The notes under the pieces were generated by a model that was not told the origin of the DNA, searched no databases, and was given only the letters and a program-made list of their open reading frames with translations. The translations under genes were made by a program, and so were the position numbers. This document shows positions 1-11,823 of a stretch of 64,000 nucleotides of DNA, in pieces. Location of the stretch: positions 3,348,001 to 3,412,000 of the forward strand of contig NC_092672.1 in NCBI RefSeq assembly GCF_964355755.1, read 5' to 3'. Numbering within the stretch: the stretch's first letter is position 1; each line of letters opens with the position of its first letter. This DNA comes from Antedon mediterranea. Its lineage: Eukaryota > Animalia > Echinodermata.

Positions 1-262
1 TAACATTGATCAAGGGCTTCTTTCTTCCAGTGCCCACCTTGACCAGAGGAAAGGCATAAGCCAATACGTCTGAGGCAGATACTAGATGCAGGCGCTGCCA
101 TAAGAGTCAGCAGTGCTGATTTCAAATGCCTAACGGGACCCCAGCTCCATATACAGTACCCGATATTCCCAGATGGTCTCCCATCCAAGCTCTAACCAGG
201 CCCAACGTTGCTTAACTTTGGTGATCTGACGAGAACCGGTGTTTCAACGTGGTAAAGCCGTA
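1..262 (-). mobile_element. 5S rRNA-derived head (152-262) plus a non-5S body running off the window edge; probable SINE3-type element or 5S pseudogene
   Basis: The reverse complement TACGGCTTTACCACGTTGAAACACCGGTTCTCGTCAGATCACCAAAGTTAAGCAACGTTGGGCCTGGTTAGAGCTTGGATGGGAGACCATCTGGGAATATCGGGTACTGTA matches metazoan 5S rRNA with A/IE/C boxes. No oligo-T terminator follows, and a GC-richer body continues to position 1. Confidence 0.75.
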
Positions 263-285
263 TTTTATACTTTCTTGTAAACAGG

Positions 286-1150
286 TCCATGTGATTTTAG
301 AGTTTAAAGAAATTATAGTGCAGAGGATTAAAATCAATACTAATAAACATTTATCACATGCCTTATCAATCGATAAAAGAAAAATAAATAAAAAATATTT
401 ATAGGCCTATATATAACAACATCATATGTATGAGAATGCAAATTTGATAACACATGTTTAACCCAGGGTATTCCCAGAAAATGAAAAACACCAACAATGT
501 TAATACTGTCGTAAATAATGGGTTCTAGTCCATGTGGGTTGTGACTTTAGAGAGTTTAAAGAATTTAAAGTGCAGAGGAATAAAGATAATACTAATAAAC
601 ATTTATTACATGCCTTATCAATCGATAAATAAATTTTAAAAACATGTACATAATATAGGTCTATATATAAATCAAACATCACATTTCCATAAGAATGCTA
701 TTTTGATAGCACATGTTTAACCCAGGGTATTCCCAGAAAATGAAAAACACCAACAATGTTAATACTGCCTTGAATGATGGGTTCTAGTCCATGTGAGTTG
801 TGACTTTAGAGAGTTTAAAGAATTTAAAGTGCAGAGGAATAAAGATAATAAACATGTATTACATGCCTTATCAATCGATAAATAAATTTTAAAAACCTGT
901 ACATAATATAGGTCTATATATAAATCAAACAACATCACATTTCCATAAGAATGCTATTTTGATAGCACATGTTTAACCTAGGGTATTCCCAGAAAAAACC
1001 AAAACCCAAAAATGTTACTACATTCTTGTGTTTTAAACAATTACAATTTGACAAGTTCTAGTCCATGTGACTTTAGAGTTTAAGGAATTTAAAGTGCAGA
1101 GGAATATTAAGTCAATACTAATAAACATTTATCACATGTCTTATCAATCG
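286..1150. repeat. Tandem repeat, ~240-275 bp unit, ~3.3 copies
   Basis: GTCCATGTG...TTTAGAGTTTAA...GTGCAGAGGA recurs at ~286, 528, 787 and 1061; ACATGTTTAACCYAGGGTATTCCCAGAAAA is in each full unit. Confidence 0.85.
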
Positions 1151-2857
1151 AGTGGAAATTATTTGGTTGGAGAAGATTCATATGTTTCATTATTTATAAC
1201 TGCTTACTATTTGTTATCAATAGTTATATTTAGGTATTATGTAATTATGCATAATAGTTAAAGAGCTTTGTATTTTGTAATGCTGTATATGTACATTTGA
1301 ATACGAAATAAAGAATAAATAAAAAAAAAATATAACATTTGCTAGCTGCTAAATTAACTTTTTCCATTTAATTATGTTAATTAATCAATTGTACAAAAAG
1401 AAAATCTAAAACAAATTGTTTCGTTTTTGAAAATGCAATTATATTAATATTATGGATAACTTATACCATGGTTGTACAAATATTTAAATCAAGTAATGTT
1501 TTTACAGAAAAAAATGCTTTACAAAATGTATTTCTAGGCTAATAATAGATAATATTTAGGCAAACCTAGACCCTATATTGGCACCATGGATGAACAATTT
1601 CCTCCATGATGGCCCCACACTAAAGCTCGCTTGCTAAGCTCCTACAACACTACGATCCATGTAATTCCATCACCGCGATTTACGTGGGCAGCAAGAAATG
1701 TTGGCTTTAGTATATTTCTTTAATTCGGTAATTCATTTTATTATTTCCGTCGTTTGATTATCTTTCCGATTCTAATCTGTCTGCTCCAATAACTTCCAAT
1801 TGTTTTATTTTATGCTTTACATATTTTAAATCAATTACCTACTAATTTTTGTATTTATTTGTCTTGAAAGTTTTGTCTGATCAAATAAAAAGACAATATA
1901 TATTGTTTGTTCTTTGTTTTTCCTCTTAAAAGCAGTAGGAAGCATATGACAGGTTTAATTGATGATAAAAATTCGCTAGAAAGCGATTACGAGTTGGATA
2001 CGGCCGTAATATTGCCTAAGGTCTCTCTTGATTGTCTTGGTTTCCTGCCATTAATGTTACTACGTGATCTTAGTATAAGTTGGTTGTTAATTACACCAGA
2101 GTTCGTTCAAGTCTGGTGCCAAGGTATTACCATTATCATCTCAAAATTACTAGCTCATACAAACTATTTGATCGTCTCTTTTATTTATTATCTCTTTTAT
2201 CATTGTCTAATAAAGTCAGTATTTTAAATAATTTGATAATTCATCTTTCGTTTCAGATAATTATTTGTACAATTTATTTTTTACGTTAACTAGGAATTTT
2301 TTTAAATGCTACTAAAATTTGTGATGAGTTAGACTAAGTGTATATATTGATACAAATACAAATTATATTAGACAAGTTTAGTAATTCGTAAGATTTCAAA
2401 TCATCCTCCTCGTATTGCAAGCGGAATTTGATCTAGCGTATTATCGAATAGTAAAGCATAAAGATTATAAAATTGACCGGTCACAACATGAACTTAATCA
2501 GATGTTTAGCTTTTAATATATAAATAGATATAATAAATTAAATTTGAATGTTAGCTTGGCTATTTAAATCCTTGTTAAGTAATGATGATAAAATTGACCG
2601 GTTTCAACATGGACTTATTCAAATCTTTTGCTTTTAAGTATATTAATGGATATCAATTAACGTAGTAAATATTATTTCCCCGACAATAATCTAAATTACA
2701 TTTAGTAAAGACCGTAATATTTACCAATCCTAGACTACTGTAGGCTATAATAATTAGATGTTCACTTTGAAGTATGTAGTATATATTGATCACAAGTAAT
2801 GTATGTGAATGGTAACATGACTGGGTGAATCTCTTAGGGACCATGTCAACATTATTT

Positions 2858-3385
2858 CTACTGCGATTGCTGCAGTAACTAAAAAGTAACTCTTTTTCCT
2901 GTTTATGAAATATTTAGCATACAATTTTTTTTAAAACAGAACATGAATGTTTTCCCTGTTATATTATCTGTTAGTATTATTAACTATTTTAAAACTACTG
3001 CAGTTGCTGCAGTAACTAAAAAGTAACTCTTTATCCTGTTTAATGTAATATTTAGCATACATACATTTTTTTTTAAACAACATTAATGTTTTCCCTGTTT
3101 ATATTTATGTTGGTATTATGAACTATTTTAAAACTACTGCAGTTGCTGCAGTAACTAAAAAGTAACTCCTTTTCCTGTTTATGAAATATTTAGCGTACAA
3201 TTTTTTTTTTAACAGAACATGAATGTTTTCCCTGTTATATTATCTGTTGGTATTATTAACTATTTTAAAACTACTGCGATTGCTGCAGTAACTAAAAAGT
3301 AACTCTTTATCCTGTTTAATGTAATATTTAGCATATAAAAATTTTTTTTTAACAGAACATGAATGTTTTCCCTGTTTATATTTAT
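2858..3385. repeat. Tandem repeat, ~138 bp unit, ~4 copies
   Basis: CTACTGCRRTTGCTGCAGTAACTAAAAAGTAACTC at ~2858, 2994, 3134 and 3271. Confidence 0.9.
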
Positions 3386-3991
3386 GTATATTATATTATA
3401 TATATCTAATTTAATATTTTTTAATTTTTTTTTTCACTTAAATTATTTTTCATCACTAAAATATTCAACATCTCCAAATATTTTTCTTTATTTATTTCAG
3501 ACATATTTTATGTTGGTATTAATATCTATTTTATGTTGGTATTATTATCTATTTTAATGTCCGATGCAGATCCCTTTATTTATTTTTTTTTTTTTCATTT
3601 AAATTATTTGTTATCACTAAAATACCAAATATTTTTTATTTCAGATAACATATTTTCTATTCAAAGCTGGTGTCGCAACAAGTTTGCTATAGAAACAAAA
3701 ACTTTAAACAAACAATTTGGAATTCCTGAAGACTTTGACTATATTGAGTAAAATCATCAAACTACAGTGGAACCTTTCCTTTTGGACACCTCTATTCAGG
3801 AGACCACCCTTTGAAGGCACACATGCAGAACAAGGGGGAAACATGTACTAACACGGCCAAACATGTACTAACACGGCCAAGCCATAGCGACATCCATATA
3901 AGGAGATACTGTGTTGTGTCACAAAAGTTTCCCTACTGTATTTCCAAATTTGATCAACCAGTGAGAGAGAAAAAATTGTGGACAATTGTTA

Positions 3992-4144
3992 AGCTCTGTC
4001 TGCACTGTCAAACTAGTTTGACAAAAATGGTGTGATGTGCCCAAATATGGTAGTGATACACCCAAATATGGTAGTGATATGACATCATCATGTCCATATA
4101 TGGGCATTTTTTGTCGAATAAAGTTTGATAGTGTAGACAGAGCT
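3992..4144. mobile_element. PIF/Harbinger-type MITE, family A
   Basis: TIRs AGCTCTGTCT(A/G)CACT..CAAACT / AGTTTGATAGTGTAGACAGAGCT; 3-bp TSD TTA on both sides. Confidence 0.85.
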
Positions 4145-4489
4145 TTAGATTTTCTATCTGAAGGAAGCTACCATCGATTAAGAATTTTCTACAACATTTA
4201 TTAAACAAGATCATCTCTTAAAATCAAAGACTACTAAAAACATGATTCTTATAAAACACATGAAAAACTGTACAAGTAAGTAAATACTAACTACAGTATA
4301 TTCTTATTTTGCACATTTAGTTTGTTCTAATTTAATACTTGTTGGTTAAGGTATAGTTAAGTCCATTTTGGAACATTTTAAAATCTTACTAAATCTTTTG
4401 TCCCAATATGGTCAAAGATTAATTGAAAACAAATATATCACAATAAAAGAAACACATCCCATATTATGATAAACAAGTACATAGTGTTA

Positions 4490-4650
4490 AAAAATAATGT
4501 TTTCCCTTATAAAATGACAAAATAAATGGTTAAATTCAACCAAAAATCCATTGGCTGGTAATACATTTTTTTTTGGTCAAAGTGGATAACTATTATGTGA
4601 CATTAAAATGGCATATTAAACAATCAATTTTTAAGGGGGACAATACATCT
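4490..4650. mobile_element. Kolobok-like MITE, family K, right-end fragment
   Basis: Ends GGGGACAATACATCT-TTAA; internal sequence matches 55420-55619. Confidence 0.6.
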
Positions 4651-4664
4651 TTAAGTAATTGTAG

Positions 4665-4706
4665 CAGGGAAGAGTGAAATTACAATTGTAAATTCACTCT
4701 TCCCTG
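4665..4706. mobile_element. 42-bp palindromic mini-element, copy 1
   Basis: CAGGGAAGAGTGAA..TTACAATTGT..TTCACTCTTCCCTG; a near-identical copy lies at 9061-9101. Confidence 0.65.
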
Positions 4707-4789
4707 GTTATAGTGATATAACACTGTATATCTGGAGAATGTATATATACAAAAATAGGTACATAAAGTTAATCATTAACATACAATGT

Positions 4790-5795
4790 ATAACAACATC
4801 AATGGTTCTCTGTGACGACAGTGTTACTGTTGTGGTCCTGATTTTAAGTGTAACAAAAATAAGTAGAAATCGTTCAGTTAATCTGATAATATTAAAGCAC
4901 ACAAATATGTATATATGTATTAACAAACAAGTTATTTACTGAAATATAAATAGTTAGAACAACATCAACGGTTCTCTGTGACAGTGTTACTACTATAATC
5001 CTGATTTTAAATGTAACAAAAATAAGTAGAAATCGTTCAGCTAATCTGATAATATTAAAGCACACAAATATATATATATATGTATTAACAAACAAGTTAT
5101 TTACTAAAATATAAATAGTTAGAACAACATCAACGGTTCTCTGTGACAGTGTTACTACTATGGTCCTGATTTTAAATGTAACAAAAATAAGTAGAAATTG
5201 TTTAATGTAATATTAAAGCACCTAAATATGTATATATGTATTAAGATAAGATAAGATAACTTTTATTGATCCTCAAAAAGGAAATTCATTGCTCATCATA
5301 ATAACAAAGAAAACACAATAAAAACAAATATAGCATAAAACCATTCATATAAAAACATCTAAAAAACAAACAACTTATTCTCTAAATAACTATAAATAGT
5401 TAAAACCACATTAATGGTTCTCTGATTTTTAAGTCTAGGTTTTAATTTAAAAAAAAGTAGAAATCAGTCAGCTAATCAAATATTAAAGCACACAAAAGTA
5501 TATATATATATATATATGTATTAACAAACAAGTTATTCACTAAAATATAAATAGTTAAAACCACAATAATGGTTCTGATAGTTTTATGGTCCAGGTTTTA
5601 CATTAAAAAAAAAATTAGAAATTGTTCATCTACAGTAATCTAATATTAAAGCACACAAAAGTATATGTATAACAAACAAGTTATTCATTAAAATATAAAT
5701 AGGTAAAACAACATTAATGGTTCTGATAGTTTTATCGTCCAGGTTTTAAATTAAAAAAAAAAATTAAGTAGAAATTATTCAACTATGAGCACACA
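4790..5795. repeat. Degenerate tandem repeat, ~130-170 bp unit, ~6 copies
   Basis: Recurrent AACAACATCAAYGGTTCTCTG, AGTAGAAAT and ATTAAAGCACACAAA blocks. Confidence 0.8.
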
Positions 5796-5958
5796 AATGA
5801 AAAAATGGGAAAGGCTACTGTATATATTATTTTATAATTCTTCTAAAGTTTTATTATATATATATATATATATTGCAACTATTTTAATAGGAAACTATGG
5901 ACGGGAATTTACTAATACTTTTTTTAATTTGCTAATTAATACTAATTTAATATTAAAA

Positions 5959-8900
5959 CTATTTCAAAATAGCTTTTAATTTAGAGATGTCTATATTGCC
6001 TCCGCACAGGACAACTCCAACTTTCTTGAGGTTCTGTTCTTGTATAAGGTGGTTAAACCGACTTGAACGTACCGCAGCTACTCCTACTGCTGAGGACGGT
6101 TCTATTAACAGTTTGGTCTTCTCGAGCATCAATCTAAGATTATCCTAAAAAAATAATAATAATATATTCATTAATATATAATTAACTGAATAGTAATAAT
6201 ATTTAAAAGACATATTAGACTATGATTAAGTTATTTTGACTTGATTACAGTCGAATCCTAGGTCACTTTTATGATCCAAAAGTGAGTACCCTGAATAGAA
6301 GTTGGCTGTAGTGTTAAATTGCATATATTTCCACTTTTTAGTTGTACAGAAAGGTGCATTTAATTGTATTAACAAAAATCAAAATTCCTTTAATCAAAGA
6401 ATAAACTCGTGGTAGAGGGCGACAAACAGTCTAGTTGGACAGCAAGTTTATAATTATTTACTGTTAATGCATTCAAGCATGACCATCTGTCTTATACCAG
6501 ACTCTCTGAAACCAGAAACTCTCCCAATACCAGACATTTCAAGTTCAAACAGTACAAAAACATATTCCGAAAACACCAAACTTTACGGAAAACAAGACAT
6601 ATTTGGCCAGCCCAAGGTGTCCGATATTGACTGTACTATATTTTATTCAAACACTGTTTTTATTTGGTCTATGTGTGGCAACAATAAAAGACAAAAGAAA
6701 GAAACGCACCAGGATTTCTTCCTCAGATACCACAATGACGTCATCTAACAACTTGTGTAATATTGGCCACGTTACTGGTCCGACAGAGACTCGAAGACCG
6801 TCAGCTACAGTGTCGGGTGTCTTTTCATTTGGAAGAAGTTTGTGAGCCTTCATTGAACGTGCACAGTCATCTGCGTTTATCGGCTCAGCTGCATAGACTT
6901 TGATAGACGGTTTAATGGACTTGGCTGCTATACAAATACCAGACAACATCCCCCCTCCCCCAACAGGAGCAACAATCGCATCCAAGTCTGCAACCTAATT
7001 TAAAGAGATACAAGTTGTATGGGTCAGACAGTTTTGAAATGAATTCAGACAAAAGACAAATAGTTCCTCCTAGTTTTTAACTGGTGGACTATCCTTGTTG
7101 TATCTAAAGCTCTGTCTACACTATCAAACTAGTTTGACAAAATATGGTAGTGATATGACATCATCATGTCTATGTACACATCAAATTGTTTTGTCACATA
7201 AAGTTTGATAGTGTAGGCAGAGCTTAAGACTTTGTTCTGGTCACAAAAATGATTTAAAATGTTAATTTAGATAGAATGTACTGTACACTGATGACACTTA
7301 TGCTGTGCCATGAAGAGAGTTTTAAAATATTTGTACGTGTATTTTAATGTGGAGAACCTCTTGACTGTTTTTTCATATATTTCCATGTTTTTGTTTGGCG
7401 AAATAAATTATATATGATATGATATATAATAAAAATCTGTTATGGAAGTAACACCAACAGCAGGGTCTGATGACAACCTTCTTTTGATAGAGTACTACTA
7501 ACTTGTTCCAGAAGTTCTAAGCCAATTGTGCCTTGTCCAGCAATTACATCTAGGCTTTGAGATGAATGAATGAAACAACCATTAGTTTCTTTAATGACTT
7601 TATCTGCCTCTTCTTCTCTAGCCTGTAAAACACATGTGTAAAACATTTTTATACCGTAAATAGGGTATTAAATTATTTATTGATATAATTGTAGGTTCCC
7701 ACACTAAAATATATTATTAAGCTTACAGTGGGTACAAATTTCACTCAATATTTTCAACTAATATTTATTTATCTATATACTATGTTTCTGTTGTGGTGAA
7801 ATTAAATTTTGAATTGAATAATTCCACCAATTGAATATAAGCCAAGTTCAGACAAGATTTCCAATTATTTATACAGTTATGTGCTATAACAGGGACCTTC
7901 ACCAGAAATCTGGGACTATACTTGGTTCATATCAAGGCAATCTAACTACAGGACACTGAGCTCGCCTTGCCAAGATTGGAACTCATAACAGTCCTTTGTT
8001 CTTATGTCTGGCAGCGGCAAATATCAACAGTAATTTAGTATGTACATATTCTCTGTGGTGCACAGTGCCTGTTAAGGGGCATGAAACTGATTGTGTTGCA
8101 GCCACAGATAAACCCTTTGATCTTCAGAGCTCAGCATCCTAAATTGTTGGTGATATACAATGAATTGGAAAAACTTACACGCTCGGATGGAAAGCAATGT
8201 ATAACAGTTGCTCCATAACCTTTGACCCCATTCACCTTACAGGTTGGGGCATTTGATGGCATGACAATATGTGCTTTTACATGACATAGTTTAGCTGCTA
8301 AGGCAACAGCTTGGCCATGGTTACCACTAGAATGTGTGACGACAGTAACGTTATCAGTCGGTGCTTCCTTTTCAACTAATTTGGAAACCGAGTTAATCGC
8401 CCCACGAAACTGCAAAAGAGAAAATAAAAGCATGAAAAATCTCTATAAAAAATATTCTAAATTTGTCTAAAGCTCTGTCTATTTTACTATCAAACTATTT
8501 TGACAAAAAAAAGTTTGATATGCCCAAATATGGTAGTGATATGACATCATCATGTCAATGTATGGACACATTACATTTTGTTGTCACATAAAATTTGATA
8601 GTATAGACAGAGACTCTTGCAAAAGATGGTTATTATTACTGTCTTTTCTGGTAGATCCAGGATTTGTTATGTGGGGAGCGCTATAACATTTTTAAATGAC
8701 TATTTCTGTCAAAGATATAATATCAAAAGGGTGGAGCACACAACCTCAAGCGCTACCCCCTGGATCTTCCCCTGGTTTATCAAACCCAAGGTATTGTATA
8801 CTGTATAGCAATGTGAATAGGTGAAACACATTGCCCATAAAAAAGGACAATTGACAAACACTTGATTGCAGTACAAACATAATTGCTTTATCTGTACAAA

Positions 8901-9698
8901 CGTTAATTCAGTAAATATTAGCACTGGTTTTTTTTATGGAATTGAATGACTCCTTGAATAAATTTACATTGTGATAGTCATCGATCAGTTATTGCTAATA
9001 AAAATTGTTTTTAATGAAAATGTTCCCTGCCAACTCTAGAAAAATCTGGGTTGATAAAACCAGGGAAGAGTGCAATTACAATTGTTTTTCACTCTTCCCT
9101 GATAAAACAGTACTTTTAGGTACCATATTATTTTTTTCTCTATTCATCCCTAACTTTTGATGCTCACTTCTCTGTACTTCTCTCAACTATATAGTACCTA
9201 TATGTTCCTAAAACTTTTTATTATACAGGCAAAAATCTATTCAGCAAATTGAGTAATTTTAAGAAAAATGTTAAAACATATATGATATTTTTGTACTTTT
9301 CAACAAAATAACTAGTTAATCATAGTTCAACTTGTTGTTAGTTTTGTGCTTAATGCAATACTTTGTAACTTTTAGATTATTAAAGGATCCCAGTGGAAAT
9401 AAGCTAATATGCTTTTATAATGTATTTATTTGTAAATGTCAGTGTTATGACGTATGTATTTTTTATGATTATTTTCCTAATAAATTCAAATCAAAATTAA
9501 ACCAACCTTAAATGATCCAGTTTTCTGAAACAACTCGCATTTGAAATATAGTTTACAAGAAACTTTATTATCAAAATAGTCAAAATCCATGACGGGGGTA
9601 ATTTTTGTGTGTCGTTTGACGCGTTCATGGGCCTGCTGAACATCCTTGAGTTCTATCCCAAAATCCTTCATGTTTACGCTAGTAGTGGTCAAATCCAT
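5959..9698 (-). CDS. SRR: Serine/aspartate racemase family, PLP fold type II, 337 aa. Exons 9507-9698, 8179-8409, 7503-7622, 6710-6994, 5959-6144
   Basis: Spliced ORF with GT-AG introns, all phase 0. Motifs: KCELFQKTGSFK|FRGA (PLP lysine), THSSGNHGQA, PVGGGGMLSG, TVADGL, LIEPSSAVGVAA, VVLCGGNID. Confidence 0.95.
7108..7224. mobile_element. Harbinger-type MITE, family A
   Basis: Same TIRs; TAA TSD on both sides. Confidence 0.85.
8471..8615. mobile_element. Harbinger-type MITE, family A, degenerate
   Basis: AGCTCTGTCTA...CAAATATGGTAGTGATATGACATCATCATGTC...TTTGATAGTATAGACAGAG. Confidence 0.8.
9061..9101. mobile_element. 41-bp palindromic mini-element, copy 2
   Basis: CAGGGAAGAGTG...CACTCTTCCCTG flanked by the direct repeat ATAAAAC. 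Confidence 0.7.
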
Positions 9699-10329
9699 TG
9701 CAGTTTAATACCGAATTTCTCCTTGTCATTCGTTTTAAACTCTCTCTTCTGTAGAAATAATTATGTAGTAGGAAGAAAAAAAAAATAAGCCACTCAATAG
9801 CTGAATAAATAACAACCAATTTCTTGTAAGCAGAAATTATTATTATGATTAATTATTAAATTATGCAGGCAGTAAAAATAGACCCTCAATGGTTTTAATC
9901 TAAAAGACCTTGATGAAACCAATCAAAATGACGTTCGACAATTTAAATTCTGTCATTATTCGGATATAAAATATTTAAAAGAAAAAAATCTCCTTGAATA
10001 CGTTTTGAACGGTTTAATTTTATTGGGGTTTTTTCTATAATTGTTAGCAATTATTTTCAGCCTTAATTATGATGCTATTTGTATGTTTTTATATACCAAA
10101 ATAAATAAAGAAAAGGAATTTATTGAAGTCAAAGTACTGTAAAATTTGTTCGGGCGGGCTATTAAAGGGTCCAGAACAATTAAGAGGCCATAAATTAGAA
10201 AAAAAAATATAAAATTAGCTATGAATATGTTCGAATTCTTTTTCATTTCTTCTGTCAATCAAAATTGGAAACCAAAAAAAAAATGTATTTTTTAAATTTT
10301 TATATACTATTATTATGTTCATTTTTTAA

Positions 10330-10501
10330 CACCTGTTTCGGCACGGTTCCGTTCTGGTGAATCGAACATCAATGTTTCATTTTCAAGACGCTCTACGCAG
10401 ATATGTGCCAATTGATATGCGCGTAGCTAGCTGCATGAAAATAAAACATTGGCGTTCGATTGGATTTTCCGGCGCCGTGCCGGAACAGGTGTGAAAGACC
10501 C
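10330..10501. mobile_element. Foldback MITE, Harbinger-like
   Basis: ACACCTGTTTCGGCACGG ... CCGTGCCGGAACAGGTGT, with further internal inverted matches (AATCGAAC/GTTCGATT). Confidence 0.65.
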
Positions 10502-11578
10502 TATATATACTGTTGATTCTTATAAAATCAGTATGTTTTTTGTCAGCTACTTTATAAATTCATATACTGTATTTTTTCTAAATTACAATTAAAACTGTAT
10601 GTACAATATATCCTTGTTTAAGAAATGATGAGCGTTAAAGGTTATGATGTTGTTTAGTGATATCTTACCTTTGTGATATAAGGAGGCTTTATATCAGTCG
10701 GTATATATTATTACTATATTATTAGCCTATTCACCAATAGTTAGAGGCCCATAGCACTACCTAACTAGTTAGTAGGAGCAGAGGCCTAAATCAGTCTACT
10801 GGAAGAAGATGAGAGAGAGAATGGATGCACTAGCTAGTTAAAAGGTCAGCTGGTCAGACCACCACCTACTACTGTACAAACAATATGGTTCACAGAGTAC
10901 CGTTTTATTATAGAGAAGATTTCCTCAGCTTGAGTCTGATCGCATCTCCGATTCTCCGTGATGGCATGATAGAGATGAAAATCGAAATAAAGTAAAATGA
11001 TATCTACATATAATATATACAGGTTTAAAAACTACTAACCTGATAACCTGGAACGAATCAAGTGGCGTTCGTTCTGTTGATACAAAATCGATGATTCTTT
11101 GATGATTTGATACATCAAGGCCAAAGGGGAATTCCCTGATATGCAAATGAGTAGGTATTCAGTGAAGTGGAACGGATTAATAAAACACAATTTTATTATT
11201 TTAATAGTTTATCCATGGACGTATACTATAATTATAGGAGCTGTTTTTATCATTCTTTTGTTTACAATATATTATATCAATGACAAAAAAATAAATAATT
11301 AGAAAATTGTTATGTTAAAATGATTGGAAATTCAAAAATAGTTTGATCATATTGTATTATTATAGAGTTGTGCATGCTGTCATTTTAAATGTTATTGTGA
11401 TTATGGGATATTTAAAACCCTTTAATATTTTATATACATATTAAAATAGTAAACATATGATTCTTTAATATATGATTAATTAGTATGAATGAATTTGAAA
11501 ATACAGCAGTAATGTGTTACACTACAGTATTTATTACAAAATCATATTATCTAATTTTGTGAACTTATAGTTTGCATA

Positions 11579-11608
11579 CGCGCGCGCGCACACACACACA
11601 CACACACA
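11579..11608. repeat. (CG)n(CA)n alternating purine-pyrimidine tract upstream of SMG6
   Basis: CGCGCGCGCGCACACACACACACACACACA read directly. Confidence 0.9.
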
Positions 11609-11823
11609 TGGAAGTTAAATCTGCATGAGACCAAAACAAGGAATTATTAATTGAAAAAAAGCTATATAGAAATCTGCAGAATGGGAAATTCCACACTCTA
11701 CACCGTTTTTAGAAGTGACCGAATCGGCAAAATTAAATCTGAGCATGTCGAGTTGAGAATGATAAATGTAGCTTTCGAAACGATTTTCATGCCAATCTTT
11801 GTCTGCTAAACAAATGAAAACAA

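Noticed and set aside
152-262. Functional 5S rRNA gene
   Set aside because: The termini are incomplete, there is no oligo-T terminator and no tandem context is visible; a SINE head or pseudogene fits better.
1560-2850. Possible transposon or gene (ORF 1907-2227)
   Set aside because: No TIR, TSD, splice pattern or protein motif that I can support; only a small internal duplication (~2467/2588).
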